Positions 40,278 to 51,383 of a stretch of 54,605 nt of DNA are shown here, piece after piece (positions within the stretch are counted from its first letter, which is position 1; the number at the start of each line of letters is the position of its first letter). The translations under genes were made by a program, and so were the position numbers. The DNA is taken from sequence record SRR16203515_1384. One strand, 5' to 3'. The notes under the pieces were generated by a model that did not search any database, was not told the origin of the DNA, and saw only the letters and a list, made by a program, of their open reading frames with translations.

Positions 40278-40967
40278 TCATTCCAATCCTTCAAAATATG
40301 CAGCCAAGGCTGCAATCTCTTCATCGCCCAGTCCACCAGCCATCATTTGCATAACCGGGTTCGGACGAACTTTTTGTTTATACGCATGCATCGCATAAAC
40401 AAATTCTACGCGTGGCCATCCAACAATCGCTGGCACGCCACCCTCACTTGCGCCACTGACTTGGTGACACGTTTGACAATCGCTTGCCAAATATTCGCCA
40501 TAGGCGACATCACCTTCGATAGACAGTGTTGCATCAGAAAGTGTGATTTCACGTTCATCTGCGGGGGCCGCCGCAAGTGTGTCAGCATCTGAAAACGTCG
40601 CCAGATAGGCGATCAGATTGTCCCGATCAGTTTCTTTCTTCAGCCCTGAAAAGCTCATCTTGGTCCCGGGCATGTATGCCTTAGGCTTCTTCAAAAACTC
40701 AGAAAGTGCCGCTTCATCCCAAATTAGGCCCGCATCCGCTTGTGCAGCGAGCGCTTTGGAGTATTTATAGCCTTCAACCACGCCTGCAGCATTGCCAACG
40801 ATATTGTTAAGCTGCGGACCAACCTTGTTTTTTGCGCCGTCACCGAGGGCGTGACAGGCTTTGCACTTCTTAAACACCTTTGCACCCTTCTCAGGGTCGC
40901 CCGCGACCGCTGTAGAAGCGTATACTCCAAACAAAATTGTGGCCGCCATCGAAAGCAACGTTTTCAT
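40278..40967 (-). CDS. soxE: Diheme cytochrome c
   Basis: CKACH (c2-like, PGTKM) and CQTCH; directly upstream of soxF. Confidence 0.8.
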   Translation of the reverse strand: MKTLLSMAATILFGVYASTAVAGDPEKGAKVFKKCKACHALGDGAKNKVGPQLNNIVGNAAGVVEGYKYSKALAAQADAGLIWDEAALSEFLKKPKAYMPGTKMSFSGLKKETDRDNLIAYLATFSDADTLAAAPADEREITLSDATLSIEGDVAYGEYLASDCQTCHQVSGASEGGVPAIVGWPRVEFVYAMHAYKQKVRPNPVMQMMAGGLGDEEIAALAAYFEGLE

Positions 40968-41069
40968 GTTTACCAGAATCCAGATTCAAACCTCTTTGTA
41001 TTCTATTGTATTCATATATATGCATTTAATCAATGAAATTTTGTGGCCTGAAATAGCCAAAAGAATTAC

Positions 41070-41100
41070 AAAACACCCACCAAAACCTGACGGGTGTTTT
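41070..41100 (-). terminator. Putative carB terminator
   Basis: AAAACACCC-N13-GGGTGTTTT. Confidence 0.55.
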
Positions 41101-41119
41101 AACTTTTAAAAATAAGCGC

Positions 41120-44100
41120 TTAAGCTTGTAATGGTTTAACCATCAAATCACCTTCATTCCGCGCCTGCATCGCCATCACAGCAGCAATCGCAGCGGCGGC
41201 AGTCGTGAAATAAGGGATCTTATCGAATAGTGCTACAGAGCGAATCTCGCGGCTATCGTTGATGGATTGTGTGCCTTCTGTCGTGTTTACGACCAACTTG
41301 ATTTCGGCATTCTTCAAATGATCAACAATATTTGGGCGACCTTCGTAAACCTTATTCACCTTTTCACAGGGGATACCAACGCCAGATAACCATTTGCTGG
41401 TTCCTGAGGTTGCAACAATCTGGAAACCCAGTGCCACAAGGTTTGTCGCGGCTTCTTTCATCTCATCCGTTTTGTCATCGTCTTTGATTGAAAAGAAGAC
41501 TTTACCAGATTTCGGCAAATCCATCCCAGCGCCCATCTGGGCCTTTAGGAATGCACGACCAAAGTTGCGATCCCACCCCATGACTTCACCAGTTGAACGC
41601 ATTTCTGGGCCCAAAATTGTGTCGACACCAGGGAAGCGCGCAAAGGGCATCACCGCTTCCTTCACACTGAACCATGGCAACATCGGGTCCGCCAATGTCA
41701 TTGGGTCGGCTGAAGGGATCGTTTCGTCATATGAAACATCACGATATGGTTCACGCTTTGGGAAGTTGGTGAGCGGTTCGCCCGCCATCAAACGCGCAGC
41801 AATGGACGCAATGGCGCTGTCGGTCGCTTTTGCAACAAAGGGAACAGTACGCGACGCACGCGGGTTCACCTCGATCAGATAAATCTCGTTATCTTTTACC
41901 GCAAACTGAACGTTCATCAGGCCAACAACATTCAATGCCTTGGCCAGCGCTTCGGTTTGTTCGATCAATGCGTCCGTGATCTCTTTTGACAGGCTGTGTG
42001 GCGGCAATGAACACGCGCTGTCACCCGAATGCACACCCGCCTCCTCGATGTGTTGCATGATACCTGAAACATGCACATTTTCCCCATCGCAAAGGGCATC
42101 AACATCACATTCCACTGCACCAGATAAATAGCTATCCAGCAAAACAGGACTATCCCCAGACACTACAACAGCGTCCGAAATATATCGCTTTAACTGATCC
42201 ATATCGCGCACGATTTCCATTGCGCGGCCGCCCAAAACGTATGATGGGCGAATAACCAGTGGGAACCCAATTTTGGTCGCAATTTCCAGCGCTTGTGCAT
42301 CCGTACTGGCGATCCCATTTTTGGGTTGTTTCAGGCCAAGCTGGTTAACCAATGCCTGGAAACGTTCGCGGTCTTCTGCCAAGTCAATTGCATCTGGTGA
42401 TGTCCCAAGGATCGGAATGCCCTCTGCCTCAAGCGCATTGGCAAGCTTCAACGGTGTTTGTCCGCCAAACTGCACGATCACACCGTGTAGCGTTCCGTTT
42501 TCTTGTTCTGTCCGCAGAATTTCCATCACGTGTTCGAATGTCAGCGGTTCGAAATACAGACGGTCAGAGGTATCGTAATCCGTTGAAACCGTTTCAGGGT
42601 TACAATTGATCATGATCGTTTCGTAACCCACATCGGTCAACGAGAAACACGCGTGACAGCAGCAATAATCAAATTCGATACCTTGACCGATTCGGTTCGG
42701 ACCACCGCCCAAAATAACGACCTTTTTCTTGTCTGATGGTCGCGCTTCACACTCTACTTCGCCCATCATCGGGGCTTCATAAGTTGAATACATATAGGGT
42801 GTTTGCGCCTCAAACTCGGCGGCACATGTATCAATACGTTTGAATACGGCTGTGACGCCAAGACCATGACGCGATTTACGTACATCCGCTTCGGTAAAGC
42901 CAGTTAATTTGGCCAAACGCGCATCGGTAAAGCCCATCATTTTCAATCGACGCATATCTGCGGTTGCTGTGGGCAGGCCATTCTGACGAACTTGTTCCTC
43001 GGTCTCAACAATTTCGCGAATACGAGCAAGGAACCAAGGGTCAAACTTGGTCACACCGTGGATTTCATCATTGGTCAATCCATGACGCATCGCCTGAGCG
43101 ATTGTGCGCATGCGATCAGGTGTTTGTTTGCTGATCGCTTTGATTACGGCTGACTTCTCGGGGGCGCCTTCGATCTCGACCTCATCAAAACCTGTTAGGC
43201 CCGTCTCCATCGAAGCAAGTGCCTTTTGCAGGGATTCGTGGATCGTGCGGCCGATCGCCATCGCTTCGCCTACTGACTTCATCGCAGTCGTCAAATAGGG
43301 TTCAGACCCTTGGAATTTTTCAAATGCAAACCGTGGGATTTTGGTGACGACATAATCAATCGCCGGTTCGAATGACGCAGGCGTCACCTGGGTAATGTCG
43401 TTGTCCAATTCGTCCAGCGTGTATCCAACCGCCAGTTTTGCGGCGATTTTTGCAATTGGGAACCCTGTCGCCTTTGATGCTAGGGCGGAAGAACGCGATA
43501 CACGCGGGTTCATTTCAATGACAACCATACGGCCATCTTCTGGGTTGATGGCCCACTGAACATTTGAACCACCCGTTTCAACACCGATTTCGCGCAGAAC
43601 GGCAATCGACCCGTTTCGCATGATTTGATATTCTTTATCGGTCAGCGTCAAAGCCGGCGCGACAGTGATTGAATCACCTGTGTGCACGCCCATTGGATCG
43701 ACGTTTTCGATGGAACACACGATGATTGCATTGTCCGCTTTGTCGCGCACAACTTCCATCTCGTACTCTTTCCAACCCAACAGGGATTCATCAACAAGGA
43801 TTTGGTTAACAGGTGATGCGTCCATCCCGGTGCGGCAGTAATATTCATAATCCTCTCGGTTATAAGCAACGCCGCCGCCCGTGCCGCCTAATGTAAACGC
43901 AGGGCGAATAATCGCTGGAAGGCCGATTTCATCCAATGCATCCACTGCAATGCGAACACCTTCATTCAGGTCAGTTGTTCCATCTTCTTTTTTGGGTGCG
44001 GTTACGATTGTCGCCTTTGGGTTTTCCAATCCAAGGCGATCCATCGCGTGACGGAACAACGCGCGATCTTCGGCCATTTCAATCGCGTCGCGTTTCGCCC

Positions 44101-44449
44101 CAATCATTTCGACACCGAATTTGTCAAGGACCCCCATTTCCTCAAGCGATAGCGCGGTGTTCAGACCCGTTTGACCACCCATGGTTGGCAGCAATGCGTC
44201 TGGGCGCTCTTTCTCGATGATCTTCGCGACGATCTCTGGGGTGATAGGTTCAATGTAGGTCGCATCCGCCATACCAGGATCGGTCATGATCGTTGCTGGG
44301 TTTGAGTTGACGAGGATGACTCGATATCCCTCTTCGCGAAGCGCTTTACACGCTTGTGCGCCTGAATAATCAAATTCGCAGGCCTGACCGATCACAATTG
44401 GACCAGCGCCGATGATCATGATGGATGAAATATCGGTTCTTTTGGGCAT
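41120..44449 (-). CDS. carB: Carbamoyl-phosphate synthase large subunit
   Basis: [17 protein letters not shown], two ATP-grasp repeats, MGS domain; 1109 aa. Confidence 0.98.
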   Translation of the reverse strand: MPKRTDISSIMIIGAGPIVIGQACEFDYSGAQACKALREEGYRVILVNSNPATIMTDPGMADATYIEPITPEIVAKIIEKERPDALLPTMGGQTGLNTALSLEEMGVLDKFGVEMIGAKRDAIEMAEDRALFRHAMDRLGLENPKATIVTAPKKEDGTTDLNEGVRIAVDALDEIGLPAIIRPAFTLGGTGGGVAYNREDYEYYCRTGMDASPVNQILVDESLLGWKEYEMEVVRDKADNAIIVCSIENVDPMGVHTGDSITVAPALTLTDKEYQIMRNGSIAVLREIGVETGGSNVQWAINPEDGRMVVIEMNPRVSRSSALASKATGFPIAKIAAKLAVGYTLDELDNDITQVTPASFEPAIDYVVTKIPRFAFEKFQGSEPYLTTAMKSVGEAMAIGRTIHESLQKALASMETGLTGFDEVEIEGAPEKSAVIKAISKQTPDRMRTIAQAMRHGLTNDEIHGVTKFDPWFLARIREIVETEEQVRQNGLPTATADMRRLKMMGFTDARLAKLTGFTEADVRKSRHGLGVTAVFKRIDTCAAEFEAQTPYMYSTYEAPMMGEVECEARPSDKKKVVILGGGPNRIGQGIEFDYCCCHACFSLTDVGYETIMINCNPETVSTDYDTSDRLYFEPLTFEHVMEILRTEQENGTLHGVIVQFGGQTPLKLANALEAEGIPILGTSPDAIDLAEDRERFQALVNQLGLKQPKNGIASTDAQALEIATKIGFPLVIRPSYVLGGRAMEIVRDMDQLKRYISDAVVVSGDSPVLLDSYLSGAVECDVDALCDGENVHVSGIMQHIEEAGVHSGDSACSLPPHSLSKEITDALIEQTEALAKALNVVGLMNVQFAVKDNEIYLIEVNPRASRTVPFVAKATDSAIASIAARLMAGEPLTNFPKREPYRDVSYDETIPSADPMTLADPMLPWFSVKEAVMPFARFPGVDTILGPEMRSTGEVMGWDRNFGRAFLKAQMGAGMDLPKSGKVFFSIKDDDKTDEMKEAATNLVALGFQIVATSGTSKWLSGVGIPCEKVNKVYEGRPNIVDHLKNAEIKLVVNTTEGTQSINDSREIRSVALFDKIPYFTTAAAAIAAVMAMQARNEGDLMVKPLQA

Positions 44450-44639
44450 TGGGGACCTCGGTATGTATGCAGCAACAATGTCGCGCGAAAATTTTCGTGC
44501 GCAAATTGTCCTGCGTTATACGCATCTTGATCCAAGGTTCAAGGCCAATCCGCATAATATAAAGCGTTTCGCAAATCTTTTAACGCCCTAAACTTTTGGT
44601 TCAATCAAGGCAATGATGCTTACCCGCCCCCAAAATGCA

Positions 44640-45265
44640 TTATAGTGTATCCGCCAATTCCATCGCGGACCGCCTGATGAGACATACGAGAGCCACGCTA
44701 AAACCACGTATCGTGTTTAATAACGCATCACGAGCGGTTTCGTATTCCGCAACAGAAAACGTAAAAGTCACTGTTTCATTGTTTTCTTGCTGCCCTCTGT
44801 AGAACCCAAGCGCAAAGTCGACCAAAAATTCGGACAATTCTACGCGAATAAATTCAACCTCTTCCGAGCAAAGGGAAACGGTTGGCAGCGATAGGTCCAA
44901 GACATCCATTTCATGTTCGCTAAGCGATACGTATCCATTGGCTTTGCTTATCTCAATTTCTGCCTGAATCTTGGGCCAATCGGGCGCACCGTATTTTCTG
45001 TGGATCAAACGCCGACCAATACGCCCCTCTTTCACGACAATAGTCCCGCTGCTGCCAAGTAAATTTTTGCAAAAATCGCATCATCGATCAGCTTGTACAG
45101 CAATTGATAACTGCCATCATCTTGTTTACGTTTGCCCATCCTGGCAATCATAGAGCGTCCTTTTAGTTTCAACGAAGCAATCAACAGGGGCAGGTTTGCA
45201 GTTTTTTTGGCAGAGACGGCCGGCACTCGTAACGGGGATTGATCACCAATTTTCTTGGTTCGCAT
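44640..45265 (-). pseudogene. Hypothetical protein with a WGR-like segment, apparently split by a 1-nt frameshift near 45055-45075
   Basis: GAGGA SD before ATG 45265. The downstream frame is open upstream of its GTG, so the halves join as ...LLYKLIDDAIFAKI/LGSSGTIVVKEGRIGRR...KIQAEIEISKANGY. Confidence 0.5.
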
Positions 45266-45464
45266 AAGAATCCTCGTTCTATTGTAGTCAATTTAAGTGC
45301 CAAGGAATGCAAAGTGAATTTGTCATGAATGACGCAATAAACACATTATTCATGTTTCTGCAGGCAGGATTTATTCGGAAATACTGCAATTCGCTTGACA
45401 TCAATGCGACAACCTTGTGTATCCGTGCCAGCCGAAATAGTCATATGTCAAAGGGGCAAAGATC

Positions 45465-47240
45465 ATGCACGCCTATCGCAGTCACACCTGTGCAGAGTTG
45501 AACAATTCAAACGTAGGTGACACCGTACGGTTGTCAGGGTGGGTACACCGTATACGTGACCATGGTGGAGTCCTTTTCATCGATTTGCGTGATCATTATG
45601 GCATGACCCAAGTTTTGTGTGACCCTGATAGCCCCGTATTTTCACAAGTTGAAAATGTACGCAGTGAATGGTGCATTCGCATTGACGGTGAGGTTAAGGC
45701 GCGTGACGAATCCTTGATTAACTCCAAACTTCCAACTGGCGAGATTGAGGTTTTCATTCGTGACATCGAAGTTTTGGGCCAATCAAGCGAACTGCCCCTA
45801 ATGGTGTTTGGTGACCAAGAATACCCAGAAGAGACACGCCTGCGGTACCGGTATTTGGACCTGCGTCGCGAAGCGATGCAAAACAACATGGCACTACGTT
45901 CGGACGTTGTTGCATCGATCCGCCGTCGCATGTGGGACAAAGGGTTCCGCGAATATCAGACACCCATCATCACCGCATCAAGCCCTGAAGGCGCGCGTGA
46001 TTTCCTGGTTCCATCACGTTTGCACCCTGGAAAATTCTATGCGCTACCTCAAGCGCCACAACAGTTTAAACAGTTAATAATGGTGTCAGGATTTGACAAA
46101 TATTTCCAAATCGCACCCTGTTTCCGAGACGAAGATCCACGCGCAGATCGCAGCCCAACAGATTTCTATCAACTTGACCTAGAGATGTCTTTTGTCTCTC
46201 AGCAAGATGTTTTTGATACGATCCAACCCGTGATCACAGGAATATTCGAAGAATTCGGCGGCGATCGCCGCGTTGATACGGATTGGCCCCAGATTTCATA
46301 CAAGGATGCAGCGGTTTGGTATGGTTCAGACAAACCAGACCTACGTAACCCAATTAAAATGCAAATCGTATCCGATCATTTCCATGGTTCTGGATTTGCC
46401 ATTTTCGCCAAACTGCTGGAGCAAGAAGGCACAGAAATTCGCGCAATTCCTGCACCAACGGGTGGTAGCCGTAAATTCTGTGACCGCATGAATTCGTTCG
46501 CACAAAAAGAGGGTCTGCCCGGAATGGGATATATCTTCTGGCGCGACAATAATGGCGAAATGGAAGCGGCAGGGCCATTGGCCAAAAACATTGGCCCAGA
46601 ACGTACAGAAGCCATTCGTCAGCAGTTGGGTTTGACCGTTGGCGATGCGGCCTTCTTCTTGGGTGGAAAACCGAAAGCGTTTGAGAAGGTCGCTGGCAAA
46701 GCGCGCGATGTTATCGGCGAGGAATTAGGCCTAACCGATAAAGAGCGTTTTGCATTTGCATGGATCGTTGATTTCCCAATTTACGAAAAAGACGAAGAAA
46801 CTGGTAAAATCGATTTTGAACACAACCCATTTTCGATGCCGCAGGGTGGGATGGATGCGCTTCTGGGTAATCCACTACAGGTTAAAGGATACCAATATGA
46901 CCTTGCCTGTAATGGGTATGAATTGTTGTCTGGTGCAATCCGAAACCACAAACCGGAAATCATGTTTAAGGCGTTTGAAATCGCAGGTTACGATGAATCC
47001 GAAGTGCGCAAACGGTTCGGCGGTATGGTCAATGCATTCCAATACGGGGCACCCCCCCACGGCGGATGTGCAGCAGGGATAGACCGTATCGTTATGCTAT
47101 TGGCAGATACGGTAAACATTCGTGAAGTCATCATGTTCCCAATGAACCAGCGCGCCGAGGATTTGATGATGGACGCGCCATCTGAACCACTGTCAGAACA
47201 ATTGATGGAACTAAATCTGCGGGTCATCCCACAAGATTAA
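45465..47240 (+). CDS. aspS: Aspartate--tRNA(Asp/Asn) ligase
   Basis: [40 protein letters not shown]. Confidence 0.98.
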   Translation: MHAYRSHTCAELNNSNVGDTVRLSGWVHRIRDHGGVLFIDLRDHYGMTQVLCDPDSPVFSQVENVRSEWCIRIDGEVKARDESLINSKLPTGEIEVFIRDIEVLGQSSELPLMVFGDQEYPEETRLRYRYLDLRREAMQNNMALRSDVVASIRRRMWDKGFREYQTPIITASSPEGARDFLVPSRLHPGKFYALPQAPQQFKQLIMVSGFDKYFQIAPCFRDEDPRADRSPTDFYQLDLEMSFVSQQDVFDTIQPVITGIFEEFGGDRRVDTDWPQISYKDAAVWYGSDKPDLRNPIKMQIVSDHFHGSGFAIFAKLLEQEGTEIRAIPAPTGGSRKFCDRMNSFAQKEGLPGMGYIFWRDNNGEMEAAGPLAKNIGPERTEAIRQQLGLTVGDAAFFLGGKPKAFEKVAGKARDVIGEELGLTDKERFAFAWIVDFPIYEKDEETGKIDFEHNPFSMPQGGMDALLGNPLQVKGYQYDLACNGYELLSGAIRNHKPEIMFKAFEIAGYDESEVRKRFGGMVNAFQYGAPPHGGCAAGIDRIVMLLADTVNIREVIMFPMNQRAEDLMMDAPSEPLSEQLMELNLRVIPQD

Positions 47241-47260
47241 CTCCACCTTTATCAGGTTAT

Positions 47261-47292
47261 AATGGTGGTACCAATTTGTGGGCGCCACCATT
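47261..47292 (+). terminator. Putative aspS terminator
   Basis: AATGGTGG...CCACCATT stem followed by CTT. Confidence 0.55.
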
Positions 47293-47506
47293 CTTACATT
47301 GCTATAAAAAAGCAGACCAATTTCCATATCTATTTGAATTGTAAATCAGCAACAACGGGCCAGTCGGGCACCAACTATTCAAGCTATTGGTGATATTCGT
47401 GAAAAATTGTTGATTTGATTATCAATATTGTTTACGACAACTTAAAATTGCAAACAGCTACCAATTTAAACCAATGGTATCAATGGATGATACCATTTGA
47501 AAGATT

Positions 47507-47653
47507 ATGGGAATGCTGGAAATACCAACCTTAACTGCCAAATAATTAGACATCGTACCACTTCTTGTCGCGAATGCAACACGCAGCGAAATTGGGCGGC
47601 ACCTCGGGATTTCCGAAGAAACCGTCAAACATCAGACACGAAACATTTTGCGC
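47507..47653 (+). pseudogene. Relic of a gene with an N-terminal LuxR-type HTH (nonsense at 47543, truncated near 47653)
   Basis: MGMLEIPTLTAK*LDIVPLLVANATRSEIGRHLGISEETVKHQTRNILR fits the LuxR HTH pattern LT..E/Q...EI...L.IS..TVK....NI.. Confidence 0.8.
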
Positions 47654-48265
47654 GGCACGTTCAAGGTGCGCATCCCCAACACTTTTGGCGACGCCTGTCA
47701 AAAATTGACGTAAGTAGTCGCACATTGGTTTATTCGGATCATGTTCGATCAGGGATTTCGCATGACAGAGATCATCCCGCAGCGCGGTTGGGTCGGGATA
47801 AACCATATCGTTTGAGACCAATCGTAAACCAAATCGTTCTGAGGGGGGAAACAAATCAAGCAAGGTTTGTTGAAATGCCGCCAAGCTTTCATACGGTTTC
47901 GAAATGAACACATCTGCACCCGATTTCAATGTCGCGGTATGATGTAATTCATCCCCACTGGTTCCGATTAATGCAGGAACACGTGGCCGTGCGGACGACA
48001 ATTCACGTATTAAATCCAACCCAGAGCCATTATGCAAACCAACATCAACAATAATCGCAGACGGCATATACACCCGCAAATGACGTTTCGCTGATTGAAT
48101 ACTATCCGCGCGACGTAATCGCGCCCCACTGCGTAGCGCCATAAATCGCATTGCTTCGCACGAATATCGACTGTCTTCTACGATCAATATCGTCAAACCC
48201 AATAAGGGCCGATTTGGTGTTGGTTTCGGCATCAGGTTTAAGGGGTCTAGATCGTTCTCCATCAT
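47546..48265 (-). CDS. Response regulator (REC plus helical domain); last ~35 aa derive from the antisense LuxR relic
   Basis: ILIVEDS, IIVDVGL, GTSG, FISKP; aberrant tail CLMFDGFFGNPEVPPNFAACC. Confidence 0.82.
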   Translation of the reverse strand: MMENDLDPLNLMPKPTPNRPLLGLTILIVEDSRYSCEAMRFMALRSGARLRRADSIQSAKRHLRVYMPSAIIVDVGLHNGSGLDLIRELSSARPRVPALIGTSGDELHHTATLKSGADVFISKPYESLAAFQQTLLDLFPPSERFGLRLVSNDMVYPDPTALRDDLCHAKSLIEHDPNKPMCDYLRQFLTGVAKSVGDAHLERAAQNVSCLMFDGFFGNPEVPPNFAACCIRDKKWYDV

Positions 48266-48399
48266 CGCCTCCTATCGATTCCCAACCATGTTGCGTTCGG
48301 AAGGCTAATTAAGAGTTAACAAATTTAGCTGCGCGGAACTGTCCCCTTTGAAAGTATCCGAAAAATCGGCATATAGGCGAAAACAAAAGAGGTTACCAA

Positions 48400-48804
48400 A
48401 TGATCGGAAGATTGAACCATGTGGCGATTGCCGTTCCTGATTTAGAAGCTGCCGCAGATCAATATCGCAGCGCATTGGGTGCGAACGTCGGCGCACCGCA
48501 GGACGAACCGGATCATGGTGTAACCGTAATTTTTATTGAACTGCCAAACACTAAAATTGAACTTTTGTACCCGCTTGGCGAAAACAGCCCGATCCAAGGT
48601 TTCTTGGACAAAAACCCGTCTGGCGGAATTCACCATGTCTGCTATGAGGTTGATGATATCCTGGCCGCACGTGATCATCTGAAATCCACAGGCGCACGTG
48701 TGTTGGGAACAGGAGAACCAAAGATCGGCGCACATGGAAAACCAGTATTGTTTCTGCACCCAAAGGACTTTAATGGCACGCTTATCGAACTAGAACAAGT
48801 TTAA
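48400..48804 (+). CDS. mce: Methylmalonyl-CoA epimerase
   Basis: LNHVAIAVPDL, KIELL.P, GGIHHVCYEV, GAHGKPVLFLHPKD, LIELEQ. Confidence 0.95.
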   Translation: MIGRLNHVAIAVPDLEAAADQYRSALGANVGAPQDEPDHGVTVIFIELPNTKIELLYPLGENSPIQGFLDKNPSGGIHHVCYEVDDILAARDHLKSTGARVLGTGEPKIGAHGKPVLFLHPKDFNGTLIELEQV

Positions 48805-48819
48805 GATCGGGGTGTCGCA

Positions 48820-49113
48820 ATGGGAATCACATCTGCATTAGTTTTGTTTGCTGTCATTTGGTTCATGACATTTCTAATCGTAATTCCATTTAACATCGAA
48901 ACCCAAGGTGACCTGGGCGACGTTGTAGAAGGCACCCAAGCAGGCGCACCAGAAAATCACCACCTGCGTAAAAAGGCATGGATCACAACGGGCATTTCCG
49001 CTGTGATCTGGGCAATTGTAGCAGGCATTATTGTTTCAGGAGCAATCACCGTGGATGATTTAGATTTCTTTGACCGCTACGGTCCGCCATCCACCATTGA
49101 AACAGATGGGTAA
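48820..49113 (+). CDS. DUF1467 family membrane protein
   Basis: ITSALVLFAVIWF, TQG...V.GT..GAP; follows mce. Confidence 0.85.
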   Translation: MGITSALVLFAVIWFMTFLIVIPFNIETQGDLGDVVEGTQAGAPENHHLRKKAWITTGISAVIWAIVAGIIVSGAITVDDLDFFDRYGPPSTIETDG

Positions 49114-49774
49114 AACTTGCTGCGGCGAGGACAGGAACCAATAGGTTCAATAACGGAACGCTCATCGGTAGGACCAAGATCACACCGCACATCCAAACGC
49201 GAAAACGATGATCACAAAATGCGGATAACGCATTGTCGCGTCCCAAATGGCGTTTCGCAGCCATATAAAAATACTCGCGTCCAATTAAATATCCGTTCAA
49301 TGACCAAAAGATAATCGGCGCAAATACGGTAAATAATACGTAAAAAATTAAAGCGATCAGGTTTGCAGCCAACATTGTCCCCAGAAACCCAAGGCTTTCT
49401 CTGACCTCTTCAGACAGTTTTGAACGGTACTGTGCTCGGGTATTAGGATAGTGGCGTTCTTCAACGGCACGGGCGACATCATCGACAAAAAATGCGGACA
49501 TCGCGGATGCAACGGGCACCATCAAGAACACCGATAATCCCAGTATAATCCAAAATGCCCCCCATCCAATTAGCGGCCCGTTAAATGTGATCGTGCCAAT
49601 CCATGGAAGAGTTAAATCACCACTTAACAGCCATCCCAAAACACTGCCACCACCCGCGGCCAAGGCCCAAAGCGCCAATATCGCAAGAGCGATGGATTTA
49701 AATACAACACGTTGAAAACGACGATCAGAAAATTGTGAAATCGAAAGCGCGATTGCGCGCGTGATCTGCGTCAT
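49046..49774 (-). CDS. EI24/CysZ-like membrane protein
   Basis: DDVARAVEERHYP, NGYLIGREYF, VPLLNLLVP, FTHLF. Confidence 0.85.
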   Translation of the reverse strand: MTQITRAIALSISQFSDRRFQRVVFKSIALAILALWALAAGGGSVLGWLLSGDLTLPWIGTITFNGPLIGWGAFWIILGLSVFLMVPVASAMSAFFVDDVARAVEERHYPNTRAQYRSKLSEEVRESLGFLGTMLAANLIALIFYVLFTVFAPIIFWSLNGYLIGREYFYMAAKRHLGRDNALSAFCDHRFRVWMCGVILVLPMSVPLLNLLVPVLAAASFTHLFQWWMADRSGQRNLNHPR

Positions 49775-50343
49775 TCCCAACTCACAATATCGTCAAGGTT
49801 GGGGCGCGGACGCTCTGGTGGTGTGGCGCGTTCTGATCCCAGATAAATAATTCCCGCAACGCGTTCATTTTCTACCAAACCAAAGCCAGCCTCGACAAAT
49901 CCGCGATCATGCGATGGCCAACCAGAAATCCAGTTTGCTCCCCAACCAGAGGCAAGTGCCGCATTTAATAACGCAAGGCACACGGCACCCGCAGAATAGG
50001 TTTGTTCAATCGCTGGAATTTTCTCAGACGGTTTTTGAACCTCGATAACTGCGACAGCCAAATGTCCCGTATTATAGGCACCTTGGGCCTTTTCAATTTT
50101 CTCGGGCTCATGTCCCAGCGCGGCGCCACGACCAGCAACCAAATGCGCCAAGCTGCGCAATTTATCTTTGGACAGAACAATGAAGCGCCATGGCTCTAAC
50201 TTGCCATGATCTGGCGTACGCGCGGCCGCTGTCAACAGAGACAATAACTCTTTTCGATCAGGGATGGGCAGATCGAGCGTTTTTGCGGGGCGCGACCGGC
50301 GCGTCATCAAAAAATCCAGTGCGGCTTGGTTTATTTCGGGCAT
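49771..50343 (-). CDS. Nitroreductase (YdjA-like)
   Basis: TRRS, RTPDHGKLEPWRF, ASGWGANWISG. Confidence 0.9.
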   Translation of the reverse strand: MPEINQAALDFLMTRRSRPAKTLDLPIPDRKELLSLLTAAARTPDHGKLEPWRFIVLSKDKLRSLAHLVAGRGAALGHEPEKIEKAQGAYNTGHLAVAVIEVQKPSEKIPAIEQTYSAGAVCLALLNAALASGWGANWISGWPSHDRGFVEAGFGLVENERVAGIIYLGSERATPPERPRPNLDDIVSWE

Positions 50344-50414
50344 GTCCATTCCTTTTGATTTGAACATATGTCGGAACGATCCGCCGAAAAACAACCCATT
50401 TCATCCAAATCGGA

Positions 50415-51383
50415 TTAAAATCGCAATTTATCCATGATTGAAACCAGTTCCGAACTTATCTTGGGTTCGGACATCGCATGCCCTGCATAGGACATAATAC
50501 GCAGGTCGCATCGGGGCCATTTCCGCGAAAGCTCGTACGCCGTTGCAGGTGGACAAATCATGTCATAGCGACCCTGCACAATATACCCCTGAATATGGCG
50601 AATTTTTTCCATGTTATTTAGGATTTTTTGATCCTGATCCAAAAAGCCATCATTAATGAAATAGTGGTTTTCGATCCGCGCAAATGTGCGTGCATAGGCG
50701 GGCGGGCAGTGTCCGCCAAATCCATTCGATTGAAACGATGCCAGTGCATTTTCCCAATGTGTCCACGTGGTGCCGAACCGCATTTCTTCGCGCATGTCCC
50801 CTGAAAACAACCGTTTGTGATAAGCAGAAATTAGGTCATCACGCTCGCCCTCTGGAATGACAGAAACAAATCGCTGCCACAACTCGGGCCAGAATTTTCC
50901 TGCGCCCCCACCATAAAACCAATCCAACTCAGGTTGCGTCATCAGGAACACACCCCGCAGGATCAGGTGACTAACGCTTTCTGGATGGGTTTGTGCATAA
51001 ATCAACGACAGCGTCGCGCCCCAACTTCCCCCAAACACGGCCCATTGGTCCACGCCCAGATGGGTTCGGATTTGCTCCATATCACGCACCAAATCCCACG
51101 TAGTATTGTGTTCGATGCTGGCATAGGGCAGTGAACGACCACATCCGCGTTGATCAAACATGATGATCCGATATTTGGTCGGATCAAAATATCGGCGCAT
51201 TGACGCACTGCACCCCGCACCGGGTCCACCATGAACAACCACCACAGGATACCCATCCCGCGCGCCGGATTGTTCCAAATAAACCTTATGGCCAGCCCCC
51301 ACATCCAACATTTCGTGCGAAAACGGGTCAATCGCGGGATATAACGGAGAATTTTCTGCTTTTTGCTCTGATCGGTTGTCCAT
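50415..51383 (-). CDS. pip: Prolyl aminopeptidase
   Basis: HGGPG, FDQRGCGRS, GGSWG, GRYDMICP, AGH. Confidence 0.95.
   Translation of the reverse strand: MDNRSEQKAENSPLYPAIDPFSHEMLDVGAGHKVYLEQSGARDGYPVVVVHGGPGAGCSASMRRYFDPTKYRIIMFDQRGCGRSLPYASIEHNTTWDLVRDMEQIRTHLGVDQWAVFGGSWGATLSLIYAQTHPESVSHLILRGVFLMTQPELDWFYGGGAGKFWPELWQRFVSVIPEGERDDLISAYHKRLFSGDMREEMRFGTTWTHWENALASFQSNGFGGHCPPAYARTFARIENHYFINDGFLDQDQKILNNMEKIRHIQGYIVQGRYDMICPPATAYELSRKWPRCDLRIMSYAGHAMSEPKISSELVSIMDKLRF

Noticed and set aside
45055-45075. Programmed -1 frameshift at AAAAATTTA
   Set aside because: The heptamer AAATTTA is not in X-XXY-YYZ phase with the upstream frame, and I saw no clear stimulatory structure.
47497-47907. 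136-aa plus-strand ORF in the track
   Set aside because: Not the LuxR frame (which begins at 47507); a shadow of the response regulator with no motifs.
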